64,000 bases of DNA from Macrostomum lignano (taxonomy: Eukaryota): the NCBI GenBank assembly GCA_002269645.1, contig NIVC01000462.1, positions 463,516-527,515 on the forward strand. Reading direction: 5' to 3'. Position numbers and translations under genes: made by a program. How positions within the stretch are numbered: position 1 is the first letter of the stretch; each line of letters opens with the position of its first letter. Below the pieces are notes generated by a model, which saw only the letters and a list, made by a program, of their open reading frames with translations, had not been told where the DNA came from and did no database searches. Below, one piece after another: positions 48,730 to 63,168 of this stretch.

Positions 48730-48896
48730 AGCTACGAGTACTTGAGTAGCTGGGATTTACGTTCTGCTGCTGCTTATACGATTGTAATAAGCGATGAAAA
48801 TCTCTCTTTGTCTGCTTTTAGACCAGTTTTCTAGAGACAATCTGGTTGGATAAAAGCCAGTGACCTAATGAGAGCGGCAATGGAAGTTCCGCTATG

Positions 48897-49367
48897 TCAG
48901 CCTCGGCGGTCTGGTTCCTTATGTCCGTGGCGGTCTGCAACATTGCCGCGGTCTTGACTGGGCTGGTTTTCATTCTGAAGTGATCGTTCAGACCGAGGCC
49001 CTACCTGACTGCCAGCGGGTTGAAGTAGCTCCAGGTGATTGTTGAGAAAATCTGTAATTTTTTTCATCACACAGACCTCGACGTTGACGGTCTCGCTAGA
49101 GCACCAAGTTGACGCGGCGTACGCTGGTCTGCTGCAGGATGATGTCATTCCTGGCCTTAGGGTCTTCTTCCGGAGACTACAAGTGCTACAAGACCATTGT
49201 AGCGCCTGACCTGGTTTGCGTTCGCCTGATGCATTTTTTTGAGCGATCAGCCTTCTCTTTGCTTTCGTAGCCAACTGCCGTCTGTTCATAGCAGCTGGTA
49301 CGACATTCGAGCAATTCAAGAGAGAGGCCACCTGACCTTCTGGTTGAGGCTCGAATCCAAAAGCCAC
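48897..49367 (-). pseudogene. Possible PHD-finger LINE ORF1-like fragment
   Basis: LECRTSC...KKCI (in an adjacent frame) followed by LQWSCSTC and about 100 aa. This resembles the PHD of CR1-type ORF1 proteins, but the evidence is weak. Confidence 0.3.
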
Positions 49368-52023
49368 CCTAAAATTGATAGGTTAAGATGCTGAATATAT
49401 GCAAATATGCATAGTCTGTAGGCAGTCAAGTCAGAACTTGCGAGCTGCAAGACTAGACGGAGAGATAGGACATACCGAAAGGGTGAGGTGCCAGTGGTGG
49501 AGTGTCATCGGCTATTATAGGCGAGCTTGATGGCATTCAGCTTGGGATTTCAGTCACGACTATTCGAATAACGCAACTTGCGCAGCTCAGGCAATTTCGA
49601 TTAAGCCGCTCAGTTTGGCCAATTGCTCTGCATCGGTCAGGATAGAAGGAAACTGTCTAAACATGCACATCTAAGTATACTCAGCTGCATGGAAAAGTCG
49701 CCACCCTATCTCTTGGACTATTCTGAAATGAAAATACGAGAATACTGACGGGTAGCTCTAATCCGTCCAACCCTCGCACACCGCGATCCCCCCCACTTCA
49801 TTCCTCAACCAAAATCTGCCGCGGGGCGTAGCTAATTTGCGTCACTTGCAAGATTGAGAGACTTTACCAGCACTCTCAAAAGTTGCGACCACAGACGGAA
49901 TCTTCTGTGATGGCGACTTTTCGATGTTGCTGAGTATATGCTCATAAGTGCTTTCAAGTTTATGCAGCTCGAAATAGATTGCGATTGATAGTTCGTCACT
50001 AGCGTACATCTGGTGCCACAAGTATGCACTAGTATTGAACAGCGGCACAACAATATGTGAGTGCTGTATGTGCATACTGATGATACGCACCTGTCACGCA
50101 CCTCTGAGTGCCTCCAGATTGTAGCAAAGCGTCGACAACGTCGTTACAAGATTTGCGTCGTTGGTCGCTCAAAGTGATTTGCGGCAAGCTGAGCAGTAAA
50201 AATTATGCCGATGACTCTCACTCTCCACACCGATGAATCCAAACAGTTCTTGGCCATTATGGCAAACTCGATTTTATGCAACTCCTTTTGAACGAAAGCT
50301 TCTTACTCCATTTTTCGCACTGTGCGGAAGCCGAAACTTCAGACCTGGAAAACGCAGTGACGGCAGAATACGCAGTTTTATATCTGCTGATGAAGCTTCT
50401 TGGCCTCCTTCTCAGTGATAAGTTTTTGTCAACCCTGATCGCTGTCGCTTGCTGTTTGCCGTTAGATCATCTGAACTCACCGATTAGCAGATACATCAAA
50501 ACCTGCCGTAATAAAGCAGCCATGGTAAGGCCTTTCGCATAGCGATACGGGCAGGTTGTGAATTATGTATGTTTAACAGTTTTTTAGATGTACTCATTGG
50601 ACAAGTGAGCACCGTATGCTCGTACATAGCACACTGAAACCATCTCAATGTCTGAGAAATCTGAGAATGCAGAACGCAGAATGCAGAACGCAAGTACATG
50701 GTTGCCTCGCCGTCTCTCCCAGGGGATCACAAGAGTCCGAAGACCTCTAACCCTAAAACCGGATGTTGCTAACTGGCTTACAAGCCATCGTAAATCATTT
50801 GTTGACGGCTGTTTAGTGTGAGTTCTGCGATCACAGCCGTTGGAACTGTTGTAGACTTTTTTTAGTTACAACCAAAGATAGAGAGCTGGTGTCTCTCAAT
50901 AAACCGAATAGTAGAGCCAGAAATGAATGCACGTTGCGTATGCTTAAGCGAACAAGGTACAACGCGCAGGCTGAGCAATTGATAGAGAGAACGCACCAGT
51001 ACATAGAAGTGACACATTGCGTGCAACGATCCAAACTCATTTGGTATAGATGGCAAGGAACAGCACGGCCGAGCTAAGTCATCACAGGAACAGTTCGGCT
51101 TTACTTGTCCTGAGTATCGATATATGTACATGTACTCGCTTTGACGTAGTCATTAGTTTCTTTGATACAAGGTAACTTACCCATAAAGTAAACAACTGGA
51201 TACAATTTTTAGGTGTCGCACTCAGTCGGCAGTCTTCTTGGCCCGATCACTCTTTGTTCTCGGCTGTCAGCGGGAGTTTGTCCCCAATTTATACCGTAAC
51301 ATAATTCCTGTGACAGTCTTTTGCCATTTCCGTTTACTTTTTTAACCGCAGTAAAAATGTTTCACGGGATTTCTTACTTGAAACTGGGCCCGATAAAGCT
51401 CCTTAGTCTAAAAATGCGGCCGCCCAAAGGTTTTTTCCGACAGGCACTTGATTCACGCTTGAGCTATATCTTTCGTCCTGAATTTTGTCCTGGCGAAGTT
51501 TGCGTTTGACTCTCACTTCTTAAAGTCTGCTCAGAACTGACACAATTCTCTTCAACCATCTCGTTTAGCTCGGCAGATTCTGCTGACTTTTTCGGCGGGA
51601 AATAACATCATAAATTTTTTATGGATGCTAGACTTCCATAGGCACCTCAGACCTGAAGGAACTGTTGGCAGGCTCAAACTGCTTGATGCCCCCGCCCAGG
51701 TTTCACACTGGAGCCAACTAGTCAACAGAACATTGAGTTATCCAGGGGATCCGACACATTATTTGCAAAAAGACCACTACCAGCCATGCAAAGGGTCTTA
51801 AATAAGAGTTTAAATTAAAAAAAAAACTGCCTAAACATTGCTCTGGTACTAAACTCATTTTTTATTATCCGCATCGTTTAATAGCAGAGAAATGTATTGA
51901 CTACTGACTGACAGCGACCATTTTACTACTGTGACTGGTAAGTAGTAAGTGTAAATTAGTTTTAGACTTAGTTTTAGCAGCTTCATTGTCCAAAGTTTAT
52001 CTAAAATTGTCCAAAATTCTAGC

Positions 52024-52289
52024 TCAGGACTCTAACACGAAGCCATCAAGCGCGGGGAAGAACTCTCCAGTCACGTTCGCCAGAGACGGCGGCACTCCAG
52101 CAAACGGTAGCAGGTAGCACAGGCGCTGATGCTGCGAGAACAACACAGCCTGGCAGTCGCTGGCTGAGGCGCAGTCATTCAGGCAGCTGACCAGCTGCAC
52201 AGACTGTATGCTGCGGTAAGCTGGTCGGGGGAAAGAATCTCCTACACTGAAGCTGGCGCGATCCACAGCGATGTTGAAACTGTTTGTTG
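52024..52289 (-). pseudogene. W4: orphan PAN/Apple-like exon of the WSC-PAN family
   Basis: Phase-1 acceptor TTTTCAG at 52290, then ...VSCLNDCASASDCQAVLFSQHQRLCYLLPFAGVPPSL..., homologous to exon 2 of W1-W3 and W5. No WSC exon was found upstream. Confidence 0.65.
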
Positions 52290-52429
52290 CTGAAAAGTGG
52301 CAGTTACAATGACTTTTGTGTACTGCAGTAGTGCTTGTTGATAAACGACAGTGCATATGCATCAATTTAAAGTATGTAAATGTACTTTCATTCACAGCCT
52401 AGACGAGTACTAAATTTTCTTGAGAATTG

Positions 52430-52800
52430 GGACGGGGCCTATAGCCGCCCACAAAGCACACATAAAATCCACGCATTGTTTTTTGGGAGCCCTGGCGCAA
52501 CGCCAAAGGCGAAATCGTCTCACGCTACCCGTTCCTCTTACTCATGAGCACATACACTTACACTCGTATAATTCTGTACATAGACACGAACTCATAAACA
52601 CGCTGACACAGAGTGTACAGCGGCCCTGACTTTCTAATCCTCAGGCATGTACATGTACACTCTGTACCTTGAGGGTTGGTCGTTATATGAGTTTGAATCG
52701 CACGACAAACCCAGCCAGCACCAGATGGATTCGCGCCACGCCACAGAATCGAACGAGGGATCCTGGCGCGAGAGTTTGACGCGTTTACCGGTTAGCAGGT
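52430..52800 (-). mobile_element. Possible second tRNA-derived SINE family
   Basis: The minus strand begins with a tRNA-like head (GGTAAACGCG...CTCGTTCGATTC), but the body could not be assigned. Confidence 0.35.
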
Positions 52801-54044
52801 TAGGTTTGAAATCAGGTTAGCGAAAATACAAATCTTTATTTGTATTTGTATTTGTATTTTATTTGTATTTGTATTCTCCATTATCTTTTGAGTATAGCAA
52901 TGAGGCTGAGCCCAATTGAATGTGAGAAGTCGTTGTGATCATTTTGGGTTTAGTACATTTCGAAGGTACGTTAACGAGCATATGACAATAATTTAGCTAA
53001 GTGTACGCATCATGCGAGGGCCATGGACACAGGCACAGCGCATGACAAGACTAAACAGAGCAACGTCATTTTATTTGATACGAAGCGAAATACAAATGGA
53101 AAATCACGTTATTCGAACATTCATAATACGCTAAACTTAAGGAAATGCTACTGGAGACAACTGAGTAAAATTCAGTTGTATTTGAAGCCATTGTGATTGT
53201 AATAACTATGGAGCTCGCTGTGCTCTCTACCTTTTTTTTCCTTTCTGCAAGTGGGAGCAACCGTGATTGATTGGATCAGTTGCAGCTCTGGCCCAAATCT
53301 TATGTTACTGGGACTCTGATAACTGCTGGAAATTTTTCTCTGATAACTCCCAATGAAACTAGATCGGGTAAGCCTGAAATTCAACGCTACTCACGGTTCG
53401 AGCAATAAGTTGCTGGGTTAATTTAATTAACGAAAGTTTCTAGTGGTCCTTGGGCTTGGCTTTCCTAGAAAGAAACGAGTCAAAATTCAGCTGCGGAATG
53501 AACGCCCGGTCAGGGAGATGTCAAATATATTTGGTTGGTTTCTTGATTTAACAAACGTAATACGTAAAAAGTATTTTAGCTTTATTGGGTCACTGTCTTT
53601 AAGACTTCAATTCAATATCACCCATTGAACTTAATGCATAGCTTGTAGGCTCGTAGGCTACCATTTTTTTATTTTTTCAAGCACAAATCAGGGAGCAGCG
53701 ACGAATAACGATGGAAAGTTTGGGTGCTACTTTACCCTAACAAAACAACGGCAGGACAGAGACAGCATGGAGAGATTTAAGCCACATATAGCCTGCAAAG
53801 AGGTTAGCAGAGCAGAAAAAAAAACAAAAAAGACAGCAGACGGTGGCGAGACACGCTTAAGAGTCAAAAAGACAGTCAAAACCAATTAACACCTTCAGCA
53901 ACCGACCAGTGGAAGTATGCAGAAAAATGATAGAACTGCCTAGAAAAATATCTATGCTCAGTAACAGTCTAAAGATCCACCCTCCAAGTGGGATGATTTT
54001 TTCTGACTTACTGAAAGTGACGCGAAACTTACTGCCACTTGGAG

Positions 54045-54300
54045 GTTGTCCAGGATGACAACGCGCCGCCACACCTGAACTGAAGAAAACAGCTACAGCT
54101 ACGCACTCTGCTCTGGCCTTCATGGTTCCCAGACATGAATCCCATTAAGGATGTTTGAGACTTCCTAAATCGAAAAGGGAATCCACTACAGAATGTTGCG
54201 TAGCTGCGTCATGCCATTGAAAACGCTTGGCAGCAGCTTCCCCAGGACTTTCTTCGCCCCCTCATCCTGGGGATGCCCTGCAGAGTCGCCCTGCAGAGGA
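54045..54300 (+). mobile_element. Tc1-like transposase C-terminal fragment (dead)
   Basis: One frame reads QDDNAPPH...WPSWFPDMNPIKDV*DFL...L RHAIENAWQQLPQDFLRPLILGMPCRV, matching the Tc1 DDE C-terminus, with in-frame stops. Confidence 0.8.
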
Positions 54301-54418
54301 TGCTTGCTATCTGGGGGATGCTTGCTATTTGGGGGATGCTTGCATGCTGTCTGGGGATGCTTGCTGTCTTGGGATGTTTTCTTTTTAAAGGGAATTTGTT
54401 GTTTTTTTTGTTGTCTAT

Positions 54419-55614
54419 TTGTTACTTGTAAAGAACAAAGATTCTATCCAGAAGTCCCCCATCGGGGGGCGAAGATTGCTAGTCTATTCTAAACCCACCG
54501 ACTCTCGCCAACTCTTAGACCCGATCTCATTCCATCCCAAACACACCTTCGAGGGGATCATGAAATCCCAATTTCTCCGCTACGCACGTCGATGCACCTT
54601 CAAGGAAGATTTTGATCAAGCTAGCAGCAGTCTGTTGGGCATCCTAAAGAGACAAGGACACTCAGTTCGGTTGATCCGGGACGCTAAGAAATCCGCCCTT
54701 ACCCAGCTGGGGTTCTACACCAATTGGCAATGGGAGTTCGGCTTCCAAGATTGCGGCATTAAAAGCTGCTACTTATGCAAACAACACGGCCAATGGGGCC
54801 AAGTCTGTCCAGGCTCAAAGTCTACGAAAATGATCTACAGACTCTGCCAGGGAGTCCGCTGTGACTCTAGAAAAGGCTGTCTATGCAATTCTTTGCAAAG
54901 CCTGTAGCGGCCGCTGTGTTTACATAGGCGAGACGGGTGGAGCTCTAAATGTTAGGCTCATGGCCCACCTGAGCGACATTAGACTCGCTAAAGACACCCC
55001 TGTCTCAAGGCATTTCTGCTCGTCTAACCACAGCATTAAAGATCTCCGCTTCATGGGACTGTGGTACCTCAGCCCTGAACTTGAGACCAACAAGGAAGGT
55101 GCTCAACGCAGGCGACGAGACATGGAGCAAAAACTAATCAACTTGCTGAGCACCTGGATACCTGCAGGTCTCAACACAGCTGACAGTAGCAGAAGTGCTT
55201 GCATTCCGATTGTGATTCCATTCACGGACCACTCCGCCAATATTTTACACAAAATACGCACAACCATCTCTGAGCATGCACGAGAGCTACGAGCATACAT
55301 GTAAGCACGGTGGCTGCGTACACCAGGTCACGCTCTCTTAAGGACATTCTCTGTCCGTCCAAACTGCCTGCCCTAATCAATAACACAAATGAACCACATT
55401 TCGGGTGAATAATTGTACATGCAGAGCTAAATCGCCAACGTGCCGGTTCGACACCCTGCTCAACCAACTTATGCTTTTATACCTGCTCAAATTTACTAAC
55501 TCTTCACTTTTGAATTTTTTAATTAGCTTTTTTGAATTTTTTGTGGTTAATAAATAAATAATTAAACCCTGACGAAGAAGGCCTAGCCTAGGCCGAAATA
55601 TCGGTTACAATAAA
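54419..55614 (+). mobile_element. Penelope-like retroelement, 5'-truncated (RT C-terminus + GIY-YIG endonuclease + 3' end)
   Basis: VYSKPTDSRQLLDPISFHPKHTFEGIMKSQFLRYARRC (PLE RT C-terminal region). After a frameshift near 54870: AVYAILCKAC...YIGETG..LNVRLMAH...EQKLINLLSTWIPAGLN (GIY-YIG). A hammerhead motif and AATAAA (55609) mark the end. Confidence 0.88.
55565..55606 (+). ncRNA. Minimal type I hammerhead ribozyme
   Basis: AACC-CUGACGA-(AGAA)-GGCCUA GCC UAGGCC-GAAA-UAUC^GGUU. Stem I is AACC/GGUU, stem II is 6 bp, stem III is the palindromic AUAU, and the cleavage triplet is AUC. Confidence 0.7.
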
Positions 55615-55659
55615 CCTAGTCGAACTGTGTGCGTGGATTTTTCCTTTGTTTTTATATCT

Positions 55660-56682
<1,023 letters not shown>

Positions 56683-57296
56683 CTCTACTACTTGAGTAGT
56701 CTGATTTTCGTTCGGCATGGCTGGTTCCAGCAGGTAGTTCCTCTGGATAAAAGCGCTTACCGCGCCCTTTGGCTTTCCAGCTGCCTTAATCGTTTCCGGT
56801 GATCTTGTGTGCGTGCATTCAGCTTGATTGGCTGCGGCAAGCAAGCTCTAAAGAGCTCGCTTCGTTCGCTCTTTCTCGCTATCTACTATCTATTTATCTA
56901 TCTATCTATCTATCCATCTCTTCACCATACGTTTCCTGGGAGTAAAACTTAACATTTCCGTGCTACTGTAAGTAGAGCACTGCCATATCTACCGATATAA
57001 AAAACAAGCAATCGCTTTGCCGAGCTGTTTCAATCCGAGCGTAACAAAATTCTGTAAGAATTAACCATAGTGACACGAAAGGGTTGAACCTTTAATTCGT
57101 ACAGATTGCCCTGGAGGGCCTGTGCAGGTTGCCGGACTTCAATACAGTCAATTGTCTCCAAGATTTTACCTTGGTAAACTTGCAAATCAGAAAGTGAAAC
57201 AAAAATGCATGCATATGGTAAATTTTGGATGTTACTGTGAATGTAGTGTACTTGTCTAGTATACTTTAGTAGTCCTTGGTCAGTGTGTCCTCTTAA

Positions 57297-57480
57297 CGTG
57301 TTGTAGCCTATTGGTCAGAGCGTCAGACTTACGACTAAAAGGTTGGGGGTTCGATTCTCGACCCACTCGGAACAATTTGTATCCTTGAGCAAGAGACATA
57401 ACTCTGCATTGCTTCAGTTCACCTAGCTGTAAAATGGGTGCCAGCATTAGCTGGGATAATTGAGGGTGTGTCCTGGGACC
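57297..57480 (+). mobile_element. tRNA-derived CORE-like SINE (3'-truncated)
   Basis: Homologous to the copy at 38423. Confidence 0.7.
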
Positions 57481-58732
57481 CCTGGACAAAGACCCCCTCC
57501 AGTCCTTCAGCTGTTAAGACTTCATAGACTTTGATGCCAAAGCTCACTGGTAATGCTGACATCTACGACTCCATAGCTGAATTTTAGAGCTGATGCTTTG
57601 CTCTAGAAATGTACATTAGTTTTCTGAGGATACTACCAATAGCAACCTAAATGGTCAAAACCAAAATGTAGCTGATTCAATAATTAGTGCTTTCTTAAAT
57701 TGTTGCCTCCCAACAGGGGAAGACGCATATTGTTGGAAGTGGGAGGCTTGCGTGGCATATGTGCCAGTGGCCCAGGCTCGATTCCTAATGCAGTCACATT
57801 GGAATCTTGGCTTGGCTCTGCTCGTGCAATTAATGCTCTTGAGGGCCAGCCCCCACGGCAGTCAGCGGAATGGGCAGGGATGCCTCTCATCGGTAGTGTG
57901 ACAATGTCGCTTGAAATGCGCCAAGATGCAAAAAGCCTCATGTCTCTAATAAAAAATAAATCAAATAAACTGATCGGGGTAGCTTTAATCTATCCAACCC
58001 TTCGCATACCTCTCCCCCCACTTCATTCCTCAACTCAAGTCTGCCGCGGCGTAGCTAAGTTGCGTCACTCGCAAAGATTGAGAGACTTTACCTGCACTCT
58101 CAAAAGTGGCGACCACAGACGGAATCTTTGGACACAATTGCCTGTTATCTTATAACACAATTCCTTGATAGAGAAATGTCCACTAAGTAGTTGTGTAATA
58201 TGCAGTTTGCATTGAATCGTACCGTAGACAACACCAGAGTAAAAGGTGTACAAATGCAATTGTAATAAAATGCCATGGACATAAGCAAACAAGTGCGCAG
58301 CTTAAAGTCTGTAAGAGCAGTTAAGAGCAGCGTAGGCACCAGAATTCGATGAATTCATAGAATTGCAAGAATACAAGAATAGGTTTAAAGTTATCATGAT
58401 TAACTGCGCGAATCTTCCGATTGATTCTATTGTCTCCTTATTTCGGGAGAATGCCTGTTATCTTAGTGAAGGCTTTTTTATGTTGTCTTTTTGTCCGTGA
58501 CAAGTTTACTCGAATAAGGTGATTTTTAAAACTGAAGAAGGAATTGATTCTTAAGAAAATGTCCTCTTTAATGGATTTGCATGAATCATTTTGTCTCCTT
58601 GCTTATTGCGCGCCCCGAAGGGGGGCACTAGATTGCTAGTTTGAGTCTTAGCTTTTGTTTGGAATCGGATTGGAATCTCATCTCTGCGTGTACGCTCGTA
58701 CGATAAGATAAAAAAAACGTTATCGCCATAAC

Positions 58733-60426
58733 ATGCAGATATCGAAAATCAACCTGGCCGGCGACACTCCAGATGAGCGCAGAAATGAGCTGCGCGAGTT
58801 CTTCGCTGCCATCGTCAACACGCCCCCGCCCCCGCTGCCAAACGATCTGAGGCTGCCGCCGGACACGCCGTTGCCGGCAGAGAAAAGTTTTAATGTAGCC
58901 CCAGTCAGCACAGCCGACGTTGTGAGGCTCGCCCAACAGTCACTGGGCGGGAAAGCGCTGGGTCTGGACGAGGTGCCCATCAAGGCGCTGCGACTCCACT
59001 GTGTAGCCAGCAAGGTCGCCAGTGTGATGAACCGCGTGCTTTTCGGTGAGGCGGCACCCAACGAATGGACCAATAGACCACGACATGCATCGTCGCTATT
59101 CTGAAGAAGCCGTGCACCACGCGGCTTGAGGAGCACCGAGATTGCCTGCCGCCCTGCGCTGCGAAGCTGTTCAACCGGATGCTGTTATCGCGGTTGCAGC
59201 CCGTGCTGGATCCGTACCTGCGTCCTGAGCAGAACGCGGCTTCCGGCCCCACCGCGGCACAGTGGCGCAGATCCTGGCTCTTCGCCGAGTTATCGAGGAA
59301 GCGCGGATCAGCCAGTCGAGCCTGATTGCTCTCTTTGTTGACTTCAGGAAGGCTTTCGACTCGGTCGTAAGGGCCGTGCTCCCAATGGTGCTTCGTGCGT
59401 ACAACGTGCCAGAGCAGCTGATTTCCGCCGCCATGGCGCTGTATCATGGCACGAACGCTGCTGTGCTAACACCGGACGGCATGTCGGATTTCTTTGAGAC
59501 ATCCTCTGGGGTGCTTCAGGGAGATTCGCTTGCGCTGTTCCTGTTCGTCCTTGTGCTTGACTGGGTGCTGCGGACTGCTTCCCCTTCTAACGACGACGGC
59601 TTCCTGTTGCAGCGACGCGTGGGTCGACGCCAACCGGAAAGGCGGCTCAGCGTGCTGGGCTACGCCGTTGATCTCACCCTGCTGTCCTCGACCGTCGAGG
59701 GCGCCCAACGCCAGCTGGACCGGCTGGTGAGCATTGCGGCGAATGTCGGCCTGGTGGTCAACATGCAGAAGACCGTCGTGCTCTGCGTGCCGGACGACAT
59801 CGAGGCTGTTTTTTTCTGCCGAGGCGCCGACGGACAGGCGACGAAGCTTCCGTGCTGTCAGCAGTTCGTCTACCTCGGCGGTCTGGTGCCTGACGTTCGC
59901 GAGGGTTGTCCTGCAGTCCAAGGCCCTGCCCGACCGCCAGAGGGCGGCGTTGTTCCAGGCGGTGATTGAGATCGTCTTGTTGTACAACGAAACAAGAGAT
60001 CTGGACGAGACCTGGACGCTGACGGATTCGCTCGAACAGCAGATCGATGAGGCGCACGCTGGCCTGCTGCGCGCCGCCTTCAAGCTCGACTACGAGCGAG
60101 TCACCAATGCGGCACTCTATCGCCGCACAGGCCTGTCCCGTCCCAGCGAACTGTTGAGCCGTCGGCGACTCCAGCTAGTAGGCCATTTTATCCGAGCCGA
60201 GTCCTACTGCCCACAGCCGGTGCAGGAGGTGCTGCTGCTGACGCTACAGGCACCCTACCGGCAGGGGCAAGCGCGTACTCGGCGTTTCGTTGGCTGCCTT
60301 CTGGCTGATGCTGGCGCCCCGTACACTGCCGGCGGGGCGGCTTACGTTCGCGCCCAGGCCTTGAAACGCGCCTTGTTACGTTGCCTGCTAACTGATTGAC
60401 AACGTATTTTGTTGTGTTGTTGTTGT
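58733..60426 (+). mobile_element. Degenerate RTE-like non-LTR retrotransposon (RT region, 5'-truncated)
   Basis: GKALGLDEVP...LFVDFRKAFDSV...GVLQGDSLALFLFVLVLDWV...LGYAVDL (catalytic YADD altered to YAVD)...VVNMQKT. Several frameshifts and a short (TTG)n tail. Confidence 0.85.
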
Positions 60427-61526
60427 ATGCAGATGTCAAAGGGAATGAATCAGATTTTCAAATTAGGTAATTTGAACAAAAGTCATTTTGCAAATTGGTT
60501 GTGAAAAGTTTTTGCTTGCAAAAGTTTTACTTTCAAAAGTTAATTTAGCCTGGGTTCATTCAACAGAGAATTATTCAGTGAATAGTGAAAGAAACTTCTG
60601 CCTTAAAAGGTATTTTAAGTTGAGTTAGTGGTTGTAAAAATAATATGCTGTGTTGATAGCTGCCTCTCCTAATGGTGGGTGAGTCTTCCGCAGATCCATT
60701 ACTTCCTTAACAGCCAAAATGCTACGGGAAGCATCTACGAGCGTACGTGCTTCGCAATGCTTTCTGTTAAAAATTTAAAACGTTTTGTATCCAGCTTGAT
60801 GGAGTTTGCCGGTCTCGCTACAAATATTTCGACTTAACAAACATTTTAAGCGCTTTTTATCTCTCGCTTCGGTAAGCAAAGTCGCTGTGTAATCAGACTT
60901 GGCCTCCGCTCAGGCAGATTCAGTGTGGGATAAAGTCTGCTGCAACTTCTGTTGCCAGTCCTTTCTTGGCTGCAGAAGCGGATAAGACGTGTTTCACCTG
61001 GCTCAGGTACTCGGAGCAGCAGCTAGGAATGCAGCTCTAGCAAGATGGTAAAATAACTAATGGAAGTTTCAGTGGCTCTGCAAAACTTTACTGCCGCATC
61101 CGGTACTACATACAACTATAGATCCAAAAAAATTGTTATAGGCTTGTACATATACACTGAGCTGCTAAAGTTCTTTTGAATTACAATAAGCTAAATCAGT
61201 CTTCAGTTGTGATGGCGAATTCCAATTTCATTTTCACAAAGTTGCGCCCTTCGTAAAAGCTTCTGTCGCTTAGACAATGGAAGTATAGTCATTGAAGTCC
61301 GTTGCATGTGCGCTTAATTCCAATGTCATCCCAGAGAAAGAGCATCTGGACACAACAGTACTACTATTTAGTATCAGTTAGTAGCATAACTGTTACAGTA
61401 TTGAGTCAACTGATGTGTGCGCGATTTGCATCGGATTCGTCCAAGAAAAAAAAACTAGTGAAAGCACGCGGCCGATGTGATTGGTTGCTGATCTGTTATC
61501 CACTACCAACTGGTTTCATACTAAGC

Positions 61527-61534
61527 TATATAAA
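61527..61534 (+). promoter_or_regulatory. Candidate TATA box of W5
   Basis: TATATAAA about 45 nt upstream of the ATG. Confidence 0.55.
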
Positions 61535-61579
61535 CCCGACTAATTCCATTGACATAAAAAACTTTAAGTCGAGAGCAAC

Positions 61580-62362
61580 ATGGAACAGATATCGCGAATT
61601 TTGATTTTACTCGGCGCTCTGCTCACCTGTGCGACCTGCAGGTCTGTCAATTACTCCTACGTGGGTTGCTACGTGGACTACACGGGCAAGGCCAGAGACT
61701 TAGACGGACTGACTGGAGTCACCCAGCTGGGTCCGTTTGTGGTTCGCTCAGGCGACCCTCACATAAGAGCAAGCATGACTCTCGAGCTGTGCAGCAGCGC
61801 CTGCTCTCTCGGCGGATTCTCGTACTTCGGGGTGCAGGTTGGTGTCGAGTGCTTCTGCGGCAACTCAATCGGATCGCAGGGCAAAGGCAATGAGAGCGAC
61901 TGCAATAAACAGTGCAGTGGAAACTCGCAGCAAATATGCGGAGGTGTAGGTCGAAACTCGGTGTTCGCTCTTAGCTACCCCCGTGAGTGACGGACGATAA
62001 ATCCATGGTCAAAAATATTTTTAATCGACTATTTTGAGGCAGCTATTTTTTTTTCTCAAGACCTTATGAAATAGACAGCAGAAAAACGTGGCTCTAAAAC
62101 TTGTTTATGAATATTTATTTCAGACCGTTACTACCTGGTTCAGAAGGACAACAGCCTCTTCGTCAAGACCGACAGCTCCAGGACCTCGTCCTGGCCGGCC
62201 GCTGTCCAGTCTGACGCGGACTGCCTGCTCCAGTGCAGCGCCACAGCCGACTGCCAGGCCGCCGTTTTCTCCGAGCGGCTGCTCGCCTGCCACCTGCTGG
62301 CGTTCGGCTACCCGCCAGCCAGCCTGACCGGACCCGACTGGACTCTCTACCAGCGCGGCTGA
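61580..62362 (+). CDS. W5: secreted WSC + PAN/Apple-like protein, 2 exons, 213 aa
   Basis: Exons 61580-61982 and 62124-62362 (phase 1). Signal peptide and WSC domain, then exon 2 ...DCLLQCSATADCQAAVFSERLLACHLLAFGYPPASL...YQRG*. Confidence 0.88.
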
Positions 62363-62940
62363 GAGCGAACGTGGCTTGAGCCTTGCGATAAGAGTGTGTT
62401 GGCATGGAGAAGACGAATGATGAACTGTGAACAACTTGAGATTTTTTACTTTGGAAACATACTCGTACTCGTATTCGTATACGAGTACAATGTACTCGTA
62501 GATTTCCAGCAGTTACAATACCCAAGATTACCTAAGACCCATCAAAGTAATAGTTAAGTCTTGATTAAAGTAAATCACTGATTCCTAATCAACCTATGCC
62601 ACTACCCGCTGTTAAACAACCGATTTCAATATAAACGAAAGAAGCCAGGGCAACTCAATAAATTTTGCAAAACAGAATCTTTTCCACTGCATCTGAAGAT
62701 GACCCGCCAGCGGTGTCGGTTCCGGTTCCGGTCCGCTCACCAGGTGACCAACAGAACGTCCTGAATAGAGGCTGGGGCATAGTTCTGGGCCCAGTTATCA
62801 GCTGGGACACTTTCTCGACCAGTTAGAGTTGCCTATGACGCGAAAATCCGCTTGGATGGACCGGTGATACAGTTGCGTGTTGGTATTTTAGTCAATTCAA
62901 CTTAACTTAGGAACAAACGCAAACCCTGAGCATCGGTTGC

Positions 62941-63168
<228 letters not shown>

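Noticed and set aside
48897-49367. Candidate RAG2-like partner (PHD-like WSCSTC on the convergent strand)
   Set aside because: No kelch repeats were seen, the PHD-like motif is N-terminal rather than C-terminal, and it is separated from RAG1L by a Gypsy element and W3. It fits a LINE ORF1 fragment better.
62690-62735. Third hammerhead-like motif (CTGAAGATGACCCGCCAGCGGTGTC)
   Set aside because: The GAAA core is absent (GGTT instead) and no stem I or III could be built.
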